62,074 nt of DNA from a virus: IMG/VR virus record IMGVR_UViG_3300045988_098821. One strand, given 5' to 3'. The notes beneath the pieces were generated by a model. It ran no database searches. It had not been told where the DNA came from and was given only the letters and a program-made list of their open reading frames with translations. The number at the start of each line of letters is the position of its first letter. Within the stretch, counting starts at the first letter, position 1. A program made the position numbers and the translations under genes. Below, piece by piece: positions 1 to 8,713 of the stretch.

Positions 1-486
1 CTGTCGCTGAGGATGCTCCTTTGTATCCTGTCGCTGAGGATGCTCCGTAGCTTCCTATCGCTGAGGATGCTCCGTAGTATCCTGTCGCTGAGGATGCTCC
101 GTAGCTTCCTGTCGCTGAGGATGCTCCTTTGTATCCTGTCGCTGAGGAAGCTCCGTTGTATCCTGTCGCTGAGGATGCTCCTTTGTATCCTGTCGCTGAG
201 GAAGCTCCGTAGTCTCCTGTCGCTGAGGATGCTCCGTAGTATCCTGTCGATGAGGATGCTCCTTTGTATCCTGTCGATGAGGATGCTCCTTTGTATCCTG
301 TCGCTGAGGATGCTCCTTTGTATCCTGTCGCTGAGGATGCTCCGTAGTATCCTGTCGCCGAGGATGCTCCGTAGTCTCCTGTCGCTGAGGATGCTCCGTA
401 GTCTCCTGTCGCTGAGGATGCTCCGTAGTCTCCTGTCGCTGAGGATGCTCCTTTGTATCCTGTCGCTGAGGATGCTCCGTAGCTTC
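1..486 (-). repeat. 27-bp tandem repeat array, 18 units (left half of junction-spanning array)
   Basis: Unit ctgtcgctgaggatgctcc + 8 partly variable nt, head to tail from nt 1 to 486; all frames open, which creates decoy ORFs. Confidence 0.97.
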
Positions 487-826
487 CATCGGAATCCTCT
501 TCTTTTTCGACTCTTTCTTTCGTATATTCAATAGCTGCTTCTACTAATCTTGCAATACTAAGTTTTGCACCAATTTTAATTTTTGTTGATGCAACTTTGG
601 TATCGCCTGATTCTTTCGAAAGCTTTCCACTCTGTTCAACTTCATGATATACACTTTCCGAAGGACTGTAATAAATAAGACAATCCAACGGATATTCACA
701 AGCATGGAATCCATTTTCACAAACTAATGCATTGCTTTCTTCATATTCTTTACCTTCCTCATACTGAAAACCTATGCAAGTCATATCTTTTTTGAATCCT
801 TTGTATGATTTAATAACTTCACTCAT
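1..826 (-). CDS. Nonapeptide-repeat protein, 5' portion (unique N-terminal domain + repeat array); ORF exits the window at nt 1 and continues at the other window end
   Basis: ATG 826-824 with AAAGGA 8 nt upstream; hand translation MSEVIKSYKGFKKDMTCIGFQYEEGKEYEESNALVCENGFHACEYPLDCLIYY...KEEDSDGSYGASSATG is open down to nt 1; absent from ORF track because it has no stop in the window. Confidence 0.8.
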   Translation of the reverse strand, partial: MSEVIKSYKGFKKDMTCIGFQYEEGKEYEESNALVCENGFHACEYPLDCLIYYSPSESVYHEVEQSGKLSKESGDTKVASTKIKIGAKLSIARLVEAAIEYTKERVEKEEDSDGSYGASSATGYKGASSATGDYGASSATGDYGASSATGDYGASSATGYYGASSATGYKGASSATGYKGASSSTGYKGASSSTGYYGASSATGDYGASSATGYKGASSATGYNGASSATGYKGASSATGSYGASSATGYYGASSAIGSYGASSATGYKGASSAT

Positions 827-831
827 ATTCT

Positions 832-1362
832 CTATCCTTTCTCTTCAATCATTCCAACATTTCTGTTATCTGTAATGGCATTTCTGATAACTAAACTCAT
901 CTTACCGAACAGTGTTTCGTTTCTCACTTCTTCTCGGTAAGATCGCATGAAGTTTGAGCTAGCCACCTGTTCATTGTAATTTTTGTCAATTGCCCATGTT
1001 CTTAACTGACTAGGGCTTCCAACTGCTTTCTGAACAAGCTTCGGAAGTTTCTCAAATTCTTCATCAGCATAATACCCGCATCTTTTGAGTGCTTTGCTGA
1101 CAAGCGACCACGCTTCTACTTCGTTCATCTGTTTTGGTTGAGTAATAAACTGAATCTTCTCCATTAATTGTCCTGGGACTGGTGCAAAACCTTTTGTGTC
1201 TGATCTGATGTAAGCCATTAAAGCTTGTTCAACAACGCTGTATTCTTCTTCTTCGAATATCTTCTGCCACATATTGACGGTGTATTGCTTGTCTTGCACA
1301 TCCCATTGAGGATACGTGGCTTGAATCATCATTATGATTTGAATTGTTTCATTTTTTGTCAT
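832..1362 (-). CDS. Helicase loader/inhibitor-like protein (SPP1 G39P type)
   Basis: 176 aa; IQIIMMIQATYPQW...NMWQKIFEEEEYSVVEQALMAYI resembles the G39P N-terminal family; directly follows and overlaps the replisome organizer. Confidence 0.55.
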   Translation of the reverse strand: MTKNETIQIIMMIQATYPQWDVQDKQYTVNMWQKIFEEEEYSVVEQALMAYIRSDTKGFAPVPGQLMEKIQFITQPKQMNEVEAWSLVSKALKRCGYYADEEFEKLPKLVQKAVGSPSQLRTWAIDKNYNEQVASSNFMRSYREEVRNETLFGKMSLVIRNAITDNRNVGMIEEKG

Positions 1363-2090
1363 GTCCGTAACTCACTCCATTCAGAAATCTTTCCATTGGC
1401 AGAATTTGCAGTAGATGCACTCTGATTTAAGTAACTCTCAAATTTAGTCCCGAACAATGTCTCTGGTCTCAAAAACTTGCTCATGTTTGTCCCGTTCCAC
1501 TCATCGTATTTTTTGTCAATCACTGCCTTGAAATCATCAACAGTAAAATGTTCATTCAGCCTTGCTCTAATATGCTTCTGAGTGCTTTGAGTTTGATATC
1601 TGTATCTTGCTCCGGTTCTCATATTCAAGTACGATATGATTTCTTTGATTGACTCAATCTGACTGCTTGGTTCCTCAATTTGTGCGATTTCTCTATCAGA
1701 TGTAATCTTGTCAGTTGCCTTGATGCATCTCTTATCCATCTGAGATGCATCCAGAGTGTAAGCCTTGTTCTTTTTCAACCCAAGCATCTTCTTTTCATCG
1801 ATGCAGTCGGTTGGCTTATATCGGTCAGATTGAATGTAGTTATGCATTCTCCAATGCTTGATTACGATAACACCACTTTCAAACGTCAGAATAAATCTCT
1901 TCATAATTAACAAGTCATAATCATTGTTTGAAGCACCGCAAATTCTCTGAATCTTCCGTGGATTGCTGACAAATCCATCATCGTCAGCATTCATCGAAAG
2001 ATGGAAGTATAGCATCTGAGAGCTGCTAGGCATTCCCAAAAATTCATCTGATTCTGTGATTCTTTTCGTAAACATTCTTCTCTCTCCCAA
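1359..2090 (-). CDS. Phage replisome organizer / DnaD-like replication initiation protein
   Basis: 243 aa; MFTKRITESDEFLGMP..QMLYFHLSMNADDDGFVSNP..IVIKHWRMHNYIQSDRYKPT plus C-terminal YLNMRTGARYR...FLRPETLFGTKFESYLNQ, both typical of Gram-positive phage organizers. Confidence 0.75.
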   Translation of the reverse strand: MGERRMFTKRITESDEFLGMPSSSQMLYFHLSMNADDDGFVSNPRKIQRICGASNNDYDLLIMKRFILTFESGVIVIKHWRMHNYIQSDRYKPTDCIDEKKMLGLKKNKAYTLDASQMDKRCIKATDKITSDREIAQIEEPSSQIESIKEIISYLNMRTGARYRYQTQSTQKHIRARLNEHFTVDDFKAVIDKKYDEWNGTNMSKFLRPETLFGTKFESYLNQSASTANSANGKISEWSELRT

Positions 2091-2091
2091 A

Positions 2092-2520
2092 TCAAGATCC
2101 CCCTGACTTTAATTCTGCCTTTCTTTGTAAATATCTCTTTCTGTCATATTCTTTCTTGTGTTCCATGTGAGATTTTCTCCACTTTTTACATTTTTTCGTA
2201 TTGCAATCAGTGTCATAAGAACTGGAACGATTCTTTTTAATCCTTTCCTTATTCTTCAGATAATATTGCTTATTGTATTCAGAACGATCTCTTTTGACCG
2301 GATGCTCTTTCCTGTACAGCTTTTCTCTCTCTGCTCTGTATTCATTGTCCGTACCTTTATGATACTTTTCACCTGTTGACTCTTCGTAAAATTGATAGTC
2401 TCGATTATTAGTCTCTGACATATCGCTTGACGTAAGTTCGTCCCATATACAATCGGAATACGGACAATTAAAACAATCTAGATGGCAACACTTTTTCGGC
2501 TTATGAGAACGGGAGTTCAT
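2092..2520 (-). CDS. Basic, Cys-rich hypothetical protein
   Basis: ORF track 2092..2613; I prefer ATG 2520 (MNSRSHKPKKCCHLDCFNCPYSDC...) because the longer form overlaps SSB by 113 nt. Confidence 0.55.
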   Translation of the reverse strand: MNSRSHKPKKCCHLDCFNCPYSDCIWDELTSSDMSETNNRDYQFYEESTGEKYHKGTDNEYRAEREKLYRKEHPVKRDRSEYNKQYYLKNKERIKKNRSSSYDTDCNTKKCKKWRKSHMEHKKEYDRKRYLQRKAELKSGGS

Positions 2521-2938
2521 CTTCAACGCCTTCAGGAACAGACATAAAATCGTCTCCGCTAGAACCGTATGGTGATTTTCCAGCTTCTGCATTGCTAGCA
2601 GTGGAACTTTCATTACTTTCTGATTTACTCTGAGCGATTTCCTGTGACTCTACGATAATCTCTGTCGTAAAAACAGTCTGTCCATCTTTGTTCTTGTAAC
2701 TGCCAGTCTGAATTCTTCCAGTAATCGCAACTCTCATTCCTTTTCGGAAATATTTTTCTGTGAATTCTGCTGATTTCCCGAACACTGTACAATTGATAAA
2801 ATCAACTGTAGGCTCACCGTCTCTTTTCCATTTTCTTTCAACTGCCAGTGAAAACTTTGCTACTGAAACACTTTCATTTTGTCCATATCTCACTTCTGGA
2901 TCACGAACAAGTCTTCCAACTAAACTTACATTATTCAT
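2501..2938 (-). CDS. ssb: Single-stranded DNA-binding protein
   Basis: 145 aa; OB-fold SSB motifs (NNVSLVGRLVRDPEVRY, TVFGKSAEF, ITGRIQTGSY) and acidic tail EDELPFS. Confidence 0.9.
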   Translation of the reverse strand: MNNVSLVGRLVRDPEVRYGQNESVSVAKFSLAVERKWKRDGEPTVDFINCTVFGKSAEFTEKYFRKGMRVAITGRIQTGSYKNKDGQTVFTTEIIVESQEIAQSKSESNESSTASNAEAGKSPYGSSGDDFMSVPEGVEDELPFS

Positions 2939-3339
2939 TCTTCTACCTCTTCAATTGTCACTTCTACTCTCGGTTTCTGCTTGTCAATATCAAATGATAG
3001 TGTTGGAGTGAGTACATCGTCCCAACCATCATTTCTGATAATTCTACATTTTTGCATCGCATCTTCAAAAGACTTAATAAAAGCAGAAGCAACATTCATC
3101 CTGTCGTGCATCTTGTTTTCACAATAAAACGAATAATGAATAATTACAGGTCTTTCAATCTTTACGCCACGTAAATCCTTGCTCAGTTTGATGTACTTAG
3201 CGCAGATTGCATCATTTCTACTCTTTTCCGGATTACGATACTTCTTGGTCCGGTGGTCATACATTCTTCCACCTAAAAGCTCATTCAATCCGCTTTTAAA
3301 CCCTTTAACAGTCACATGATATTCCATTTTACTTATCAC
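2935..3339 (-). CDS. RusA-like Holliday junction resolvase (tentative)
   Basis: 134 aa; pattern LNE..(x)..RPVIIHYSFY..NKMHDRMNVASAFIKSFEDA..IIRNDGWDDV...KPRVEVTIEE fits the RusA-type layout; sits between RecT-like and SSB. Confidence 0.55.
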   Translation of the reverse strand: MISKMEYHVTVKGFKSGLNELLGGRMYDHRTKKYRNPEKSRNDAICAKYIKLSKDLRGVKIERPVIIHYSFYCENKMHDRMNVASAFIKSFEDAMQKCRIIRNDGWDDVLTPTLSFDIDKQKPRVEVTIEEVEE

Positions 3340-4183
3340 CCTTTTTCTCGTTTTCTTCTTCCTCTTTCATTAACTCTGAGATCTGACTTGCTGTCTTCGG
3401 CTGCTCGAACCAATCTGAGACTGTTGTTTCTTTGTGAATCAGACCGTTGTAAATTCCGGTATATTCAACCAGTTCGTCAGAAGTCATGGTCTCAACTTTG
3501 TGGTTAAGGCGTTTCTCAATCATTTCCTGTGTCACGCCTTTCTTAGAGAAGTACGCAACCAGTGTTCTTACTCTGTCAGACAGTGGTAAGCTCTCTTCTC
3601 CCCTGAGAGTCTTCTTGCACTCATTGATACAGTTTTCGATAAGGTCCGGTGGCAAAATTGCAAGGATACGGCTTCTGAGTCTTCTTGCTCCATCGTTGGC
3701 AGTCTTCTCATAGATGTCGCGCTGGGATGTCAGCTTGTTATTCCCGTACCGTGTCTCTCTAATATGCTCAACAGTAAAGTTCTGACTGGAAATAGTGTTC
3801 GTTTCCAAATCCCAAGCGTAAGCCTGCATTTCCGAACGTCCATCTTCGTGTGAAAGCTCTTTAATACCGTAATCCATGTTTCCGTAGCAACGAGCAAGTT
3901 CTTCAGCGAATCTGATCGTAACTCCTGTGACAGTCTCTTTTCCTCTTGGATAAGAATAGAATGCACTTTCGGCAAATCCTTTCCGCTGACACGCTTCAAT
4001 CGCCTTGGTGTAAGACTGTGTGTAGTTTCTAGGAAACTGTTTTGCCAACAGAAGCTTTCCCTGTGCTTCTACCATGGCTCTGCTTGACTCAATAGCAACG
4101 GTTCCCTGATTTATTTTTGACGTATCAGGAAGTTGCATTGTAGGTGCTCCTACCTGATACTCTTTTACTTCATTGTTTGACAT
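3329..4183 (-). CDS. RecT/Red-beta-type single-strand annealing protein (tentative)
   Basis: 284 aa; C-terminal YEKTANDGARRLRSRILAILPPDL resembles the RecT motif; directly follows a PD-(D/E)XK exonuclease, the classic exo/annealase pair. Confidence 0.5.
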   Translation of the reverse strand: MSNNEVKEYQVGAPTMQLPDTSKINQGTVAIESSRAMVEAQGKLLLAKQFPRNYTQSYTKAIEACQRKGFAESAFYSYPRGKETVTGVTIRFAEELARCYGNMDYGIKELSHEDGRSEMQAYAWDLETNTISSQNFTVEHIRETRYGNNKLTSQRDIYEKTANDGARRLRSRILAILPPDLIENCINECKKTLRGEESLPLSDRVRTLVAYFSKKGVTQEMIEKRLNHKVETMTSDELVEYTGIYNGLIHKETTVSDWFEQPKTASQISELMKEEEENEKKGDK

Positions 4184-4197
4184 AGTTGTTTTTCCTC

Positions 4198-5010
4198 CTA
4201 TTCAAATTCTTTCTGTAACCATTTTGGCAATCCAAGACTCTGTACGTCCCCGGTTTCGCCCATGTATCCATACCAGTTGTCAGTAACCTTGCAGTTATGG
4301 TATATTTCCATCAAATCGTGAAACAAGTTCTTTCCCTCAATCATCATGTATTCATCAGCTTGAAGAATGTTGATCGCATACGGCGGTTTCTTTTCCTGTG
4401 CAACGAAAATGAATATCGCATCTTCACCAGTGTTCGCTTTGTACCCCTCGCAGTACATTCCGGCTTGCAGATCATATCCATATTTGATAGCCGTTGCTCT
4501 GAAAGCTTCTGTTTCTGCATTGTCCGTAGTTTTATAGTCAACAAGGATGTGCTGATTTCCAATAATGGTAATATCATCCGGTCTGCACTTGCACTCTTCT
4601 CCTGTCTGTTCATCAGTCCAGAAAAATGACTTTTCATGTTCACCGGAAAGAAGTCTCTTTGCAAACTTGTTGGAATCGATCACTTCTGCCATGTCTTTTA
4701 TTTTCTCCATGTCATCAGAAGAAACTACGTCTTTCCCCTCATTTTCTTCTAGCCACTTAGCATATTCTTCTTTTCCTGCTTTAGTTCTCCTGTCCACGTT
4801 CAAAGCAACAGCAAATTCACTGTCAAAATCATCACGCTCAAGAATATACTTGTGGCACGCACTTCCGAAAATGAGTGCTGCTGTTTTGTCTTCCTTGTTC
4901 TCCATTGACCATTTAAAATGAAGTGGAGACTTTGTAATCTTGAACAAGTCTGATTTACTGATTGCCGGATGCGCTCTATATTCGCTTTGTGGAATTGATA
5001 ATCCAGCCAT
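4198..5010 (-). CDS. PD-(D/E)XK (Cas4/RecB-like) exonuclease
   Basis: 270 aa; CRPDDITIIGNQHILVDYKTT (D..D/ExK) and YGYDLQAGMY (QxxxY) motifs. Confidence 0.7.
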   Translation of the reverse strand: MAGLSIPQSEYRAHPAISKSDLFKITKSPLHFKWSMENKEDKTAALIFGSACHKYILERDDFDSEFAVALNVDRRTKAGKEEYAKWLEENEGKDVVSSDDMEKIKDMAEVIDSNKFAKRLLSGEHEKSFFWTDEQTGEECKCRPDDITIIGNQHILVDYKTTDNAETEAFRATAIKYGYDLQAGMYCEGYKANTGEDAIFIFVAQEKKPPYAINILQADEYMMIEGKNLFHDLMEIYHNCKVTDNWYGYMGETGDVQSLGLPKWLQKEFE

Positions 5011-5207
5011 CAGAATACCCCTCCCTCGTTTTCCTTATTGAATGGAATAGAACAAATACTTGCGATTTTCTTTTTATCAATATAATCACTTGATTCTGAT
5101 TCGATTTCAGCACTGATATGTTCTTTCAATACCTTGAGTTCCGCTTCCTTTCTCAGCAATCCCATGAGCGTTTCCATTGGAATAGTTACTTTTACAATCT
5201 CGTTCAT
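5010..5207 (-). CDS. Hypothetical protein (65 aa)
   Basis: ORF track; start/stop overlap with neighbours in the early operon. Confidence 0.55.
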   Translation of the reverse strand: MNEIVKVTIPMETLMGLLRKEAELKVLKEHISAEIESESSDYIDKKKIASICSIPFNKENEGGVF

Positions 5208-5351
5208 ACAATCCTCCTATACTGATCGTTTAAACAATCCTCACATAATATTTTTCCTGATATGCAGTACATATAATCTCCGTCATCGATTTTGCATCCG
5301 CAACAAGAGCATTTTACATCAGGTTCTTCTGGTTCAAAGTTATCATCACAT

Positions 5352-5528
5352 TTATACAAATCGGATAAGCACTCCTTTCTCTTTGTCGATAATTGCTCTG
5401 TTTTTGCAATTCTTCCTTATTATATGTAAGTATGCAAAATCTTCTAATGCACACTCCCATTCTTCCGGTTTTAATCCAGCAACAGACACGATCTCTGATT
5501 CTTCTTCGGTAAGTCCTCTTGTTTTCAT
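5352..5528 (-). CDS. Small hypothetical protein (58 aa)
   Basis: Hand translation MKTRGLTEEESEIVSVAGLKPEEWECALEDFAYLHIIRKNCKNRAIIDKEKGVLIRFV; AGGAG 7 nt upstream. The track ORF 5314..5535 is in another frame and looks spurious. Confidence 0.5.
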   Translation of the reverse strand: MKTRGLTEEESEIVSVAGLKPEEWECALEDFAYLHIIRKNCKNRAIIDKEKGVLIRFV

Positions 5529-5531
5529 GGT

Positions 5532-5693
5532 TCATCTCCTAAATTTATCAATGCTCTTCGTCTTGTTCGTGTACTTATTGATAATCTTCAAGTAGAATTC
5601 TGTTTCCTCAAGAAGCATCCAGTCTTTGGCGTTCAGATAATGTGCTGCTACACACTTCTTTTGCCACAATGAAAGTTTCTTTGGTTGTTTCAT
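5532..5693 (-). CDS. Small hypothetical protein (53 aa), distant paralogue of 5352..5528
   Basis: Hand translation MKQPKKLSLWQKKCVAAHYLNAKDWMLLEETEFYLKIINKYTNKTKSIDKFRR; GGAGGAGAA upstream of ATG 5693. Confidence 0.5.
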   Translation of the reverse strand: MKQPKKLSLWQKKCVAAHYLNAKDWMLLEETEFYLKIINKYTNKTKSIDKFRR

Positions 5694-5770
5694 TTCTCCT
5701 CCTATGCTATTATTAAGTTGGTTTTATAGCCGAGTGCCAGAAGGTTGCCGCCTTTGTTATGGCACTCTTT

Positions 5771-5947
5771 TTAATATCCGCATATCGCCCATACCGCTGT
5801 CATAAGCAGTGGGATTGCTACTGATATAACTCCTACAAGAAATGGTGTCAGGTCATCGTCAGATTCATCTTCTTCCATCACTTGGAGTTCTCTTCGGATA
5901 TCAATTACTTCAAGCTTCTTCCTTTTGATATCAATTACATCTAACAT
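5771..5947 (-). CDS. Small C-terminally membrane-anchored protein (58 aa)
   Basis: Hand translation MLDVIDIKRKKLEVIDIRRELQVMEEDESDDDLTPFLVGVISVAIPLLMTAVWAICGY; start overlaps the stop of 5948..6190. Confidence 0.5.
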   Translation of the reverse strand: MLDVIDIKRKKLEVIDIRRELQVMEEDESDDDLTPFLVGVISVAIPLLMTAVWAICGY

Positions 5948-6190
5948 TTATTTATCCTCATAGTTACGAGGAATCATGTCCTCTGTCAGTGCGTAGAAAT
6001 CGCTGAGGTACGCTCCGCCTTCCATGATGCTTAAATCAACAGCAACGTTATTCTCGTTCATCAGCATGATTCTCAACGCGCACTCTTCTCCGATTGTTCC
6101 GTTGCCAACAGATAAGACCTTGAACCCTTTCAGTGCGTGCAGTTCTTCGGAATCTCCGTTTACTTTCTCATGATTAAGTTTGTTTATCAT
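5948..6190 (-). CDS. Hypothetical protein (80 aa)
   Basis: ORF track; packed in the early operon. Confidence 0.55.
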   Translation of the reverse strand: MINKLNHEKVNGDSEELHALKGFKVLSVGNGTIGEECALRIMLMNENNVAVDLSIMEGGAYLSDFYALTEDMIPRNYEDK

Positions 6191-6203
6191 TGTGTTGCAC
6201 CTC

Positions 6204-6911
6204 CTACATACTCAACTGTGCATTGCATTCCTGAATCATAATCCTTGTGTTAGTGCATGGTTGCCAGTTCTTCACGTAATCAACAGCTTCATCGAATTTC
6301 TTCTTCGGAACGTTGTTGCGAGCATTCACATTAAAGTAATGCTTCAAATCCCTGTTACACTCGGAAAATACTTTTCTGCCAATTTCGTGATATGCGTTAC
6401 TATCTTTACCGCCAAGAGAATCAACCACAACCCTGTTGACGATATCTCCAAGTGACATCTGCTGTCCGTAATCAATCGTCATATTCTGTTCGAGTTCTGT
6501 GATACGTCCCTCATGGTCGTCAATCATACCTAACTGAATACGCATCATTTCTACTGGACTCATTGGTTTCTGATAAGAACCAGTCTTTCTGATTGCCGGA
6601 AGCACTTCTGATGTAACCCAGTGCTTGAATCTCTTAGCGGATTCCAACTTACTCCCAAAGATTAATGCGTATAAACCGGATTCATTGATAAGTGCTGTCT
6701 GCGTTTTTACCACATTCCCATTTTGGGAATCTGCTTCAAGGACTTTTAAAATCCTATCTTCTTCTCCAACATGAGTAGAAACAGCTTTACTTGCGTTGGA
6801 ATATCCAAGTGCTTCTGCCACATCTTTTCCAACGAACCACGGTTCTTCATCAATATTCATTGTTCTGATTTCACCAAATTCTTTATTTGTAAATAATTTA
6901 ATTTCGTTCAT
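6204..6911 (-). CDS. Antirepressor (BRO-N domain + KilAC-like C-terminus)
   Basis: 235 aa; FGEIRTMNIDEEPWFVGKDVAEALGYSNASKAV is a BRO-N signature. Confidence 0.7.
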   Translation of the reverse strand: MNEIKLFTNKEFGEIRTMNIDEEPWFVGKDVAEALGYSNASKAVSTHVGEEDRILKVLEADSQNGNVVKTQTALINESGLYALIFGSKLESAKRFKHWVTSEVLPAIRKTGSYQKPMSPVEMMRIQLGMIDDHEGRITELEQNMTIDYGQQMSLGDIVNRVVVDSLGGKDSNAYHEIGRKVFSECNRDLKHYFNVNARNNVPKKKFDEAVDYVKNWQPCTNTRIMIQECNAQLSM

Positions 6912-6940
6912 CTTGTATCGCCTTTCTAAATATATTTTTC

Positions 6941-6951
6941 TGTGTTATAAT
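6941..6951 (+). promoter_or_regulatory. Extended -10 promoter element TGTGTTATAAT for the plus-strand small gene
   Basis: Exact TGTGTTATAAT 34 nt upstream of ATG 6985; the same 11-mer heads cassettes A and B. Confidence 0.4.
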
Positions 6952-6984
6952 CTACTTAAATTGACACAAGGATGTGAATTTGAA

Positions 6985-7167
6985 ATGGATAATAATCAAC
7001 TTGTTTCTTCCTATGCAACAGCTAAGTGTTGCGGATTTACTGGTTCTTTCGATGAGTTCAAGAAAATGTACGACCAATACTACTCTGAAATCATCAAAGA
7101 ACTTCCTACCGGAGAAAACTCTGTCGATGTAGCTAAGAACCCATTCAATCTTTCTAACTACCGATAG
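6985..7167 (+). CDS. Hypothetical protein (60 aa) on the opposite strand inside the early region
   Basis: MDNNQLVSSYATAKCCGFTGSFDEFKKMYDQYY...; internal ATG of track ORF 6796..7167, preceded by its own promoter. Confidence 0.45.
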   Translation: MDNNQLVSSYATAKCCGFTGSFDEFKKMYDQYYSEIIKELPTGENSVDVAKNPFNLSNYR

Positions 7168-7333
7168 TCGCTAATGCTCCAACAAGGGAATTGAGAATTT
7201 TGCATCTCTGTAATGTTCTTTCAATTCCCTCTCCTTTTTCCATGTCTTCGCAAATGGAAAGTGCATAAAATTCTACGCAATCTCTCAGCGTCTTCACATC
7301 TTCTTCATTTGAATAACCCTTTGTCTTAACCAT
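7154..7333 (-). CDS. Small hypothetical protein (59 aa)
   Basis: Hand translation MVKTKGYSNEEDVKTLRDCVEFYALSICEDMEKGEGIERTLQRCKILNSLVGALATIGS; second gene of the cro operon. Confidence 0.5.
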   Translation of the reverse strand: MVKTKGYSNEEDVKTLRDCVEFYALSICEDMEKGEGIERTLQRCKILNSLVGALATIGS

Positions 7334-7347
7334 TTTTTCTCCTTTCT

Positions 7348-7578
7348 TTAAAGTTCAGAATCTTGAACTTTCATCGTAAAAAAATAGTCATGAATATCGC
7401 TTTCTGATAAATTCAAAGCTTCAATCGCTCTGCAAATCTCATCCTGTCTCCACATGACATTTCCGTTTAGTTTCAGCGATAATGTGCGCTCTGAGCACTG
7501 CATAGCCTTTGCGAACTCAGTCTGACTTCCGTATTTTTCTACGATTTTTCCTCTTAGTTTGCTGTAATCAAATGACAT
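7348..7578 (-). CDS. Cro-like XRE-family HTH regulator
   Basis: 76 aa; GSQTEFAKAMQCSERTLSLKLNG HTH; divergent from the CI-like gene. Confidence 0.7.
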   Translation of the reverse strand: MSFDYSKLRGKIVEKYGSQTEFAKAMQCSERTLSLKLNGNVMWRQDEICRAIEALNLSESDIHDYFFTMKVQDSEL

Positions 7579-7595
7579 CTTTTTATCTCCTTTCT

Positions 7596-7716
7596 AGTTC
7601 AATATCTTGAACTTCTTAAATCATATCATTGCAATTTCAGTATGTCAATACTTTTGTTCAACTTTTTTAACTTTTTAGTTTTACGTATTGAACTTTTGTT
7701 CAAACAGTGTTATATT
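7596..7716. promoter_or_regulatory. Lysis-lysogeny switch: divergent promoters plus GTTCAA/TTGAAC palindromic operators
   Basis: AGTTCAATATCTTGAACT 7596-7613; TTGAACTTTTGTTCAA 7688-7703. Minus-strand promoter TTGACA (7648-7643), 17-nt spacer, TATGAT (7625-7620). Plus-strand promoter TTGAAC (7688-7693), 17-nt spacer, TATATT (7711-7716) with upstream TG. Confidence 0.55.
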
Positions 7717-7741
7717 ATTTATCGGAAAGGAGGTGTTACAA

Positions 7742-8140
7742 ATGAAAATAAGCAGTTCTTCTATTAGATTAAAAGAAATAATGGAAAAACAAAATTTAAA
7801 GCAAATTGATATACTGAATAAAACATTGCCATTTTGCGAAAAATACAACGTAAAAATGAACAAGTCTAATATAAGCCAATATGTTTCAGGCAAAGTTGAG
7901 CCGAGTCAAGATAAAATTATGGTATTATCAATGGCTCTTGGAGTAAGTGAAGGATGGCTGATGGGATTTGATGGTGATGAAACAAAAGAGTATTCAGAAG
8001 GAAAAGCTAAGGTTTCAAAAGAAATCGCTGAAGAAGATTTTGAATTTTATAACAAACTCTCTTTATTGAATAAAGAGGAACAAGAAATAATTATGAATTT
8101 AATAAATTATATGCTATCGCATAAAAAGAGCAAGGACTAA
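7742..8140 (+). CDS. CI-like repressor (XRE HTH)
   Basis: ATG 7742 after GGAAAGGAGGTG; IRLKEIMEKQNLKQIDILNKT...SNISQYVSGKVEPSQDKIMVLSMALGV HTH. Confidence 0.7.
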   Translation: MKISSSSIRLKEIMEKQNLKQIDILNKTLPFCEKYNVKMNKSNISQYVSGKVEPSQDKIMVLSMALGVSEGWLMGFDGDETKEYSEGKAKVSKEIAEEDFEFYNKLSLLNKEEQEIIMNLINYMLSHKKSKD

Positions 8141-8308
8141 CCCCACTCTTCTAAAAAAAGTTTAACGAATGTGTGCAGGTACTCTATTGTGCCTGCGCTT
8201 TCTATTTTAACGATCATTTCTATTAGTTGCAATCTCAGTCTCTCTTTCTCATCCATAAAAATCACCCCTGACCTATCTATAAGAGAAACGAATAACGCTT
8301 GTTAAGAA

Positions 8309-8512
8309 TTAATCATCAATAAATTTGAAGATATCACTTGCAAGATTGTCAGCACTGGTGTAAGATGCAAGAGGAAATCGATCAAACTGGTCTGACTTTG
8401 ACTCCGGGACAATCGTTCCAATGTAGGAAGACAACTGTCTCATGTACTCAGTTTCACCAATAATCGGTCTCACCGATAATAAGTATGCAATAGTGTTTAA
8501 AAATTCTTTCAT
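8309..8512 (-). CDS. Hypothetical protein (67 aa)
   Basis: ORF track; isolated minus-strand gene between two plus-strand HTH genes. Confidence 0.5.
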   Translation of the reverse strand: MKEFLNTIAYLLSVRPIIGETEYMRQLSSYIGTIVPESKSDQFDRFPLASYTSADNLASDIFKFIDD

Positions 8513-8713
8513 GTGTTTGCCCTCCCTTTTTAAAATTTGTTTTTATTATATCGGAAACGGAGGAAAAAGTACTTATTAAATTTTTTATAATTATGCATTA
8601 ATTTTTTTGTTCGCATCCGTGAAAAATAGACGTAAAATATTATGTCTTTATTTTTTTAAATTTGAAACACAATTTTTTGGTTGCGAAATGGCAAAAAGGG
8701 GGTAAAATTTTTT

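Noticed and set aside
55-531. The track ORF MNIRKKES..TEHPQRQDTKEHPQRQ.. ends at a TAG exactly where every other repeat unit has CAG (Gln). This initially suggested amber-to-Gln recoding, which is known in some gut phages.
   Set aside because: This is the wrong frame. A different minus frame links a proper start/RBS (ATG 826), the repeats (GASSATG..) and a unique C-terminal domain, and in that frame the variant is a harmless Thr-to-Ile change. In addition, TAG (RT), TGA (repeat protein) and TAA (SSB) all terminate well-supported genes, and none of the phage tRNAs has a suppressor anticodon.
13-534. Plus-strand ORF MLLCILSLRMLRSFLSLRM.. covering the repeat array.
   Set aside because: It is an artefact of a stop-free 27-bp repeat. 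It has no RBS and no unique flanking domain, and it lies antisense to the supported gene.
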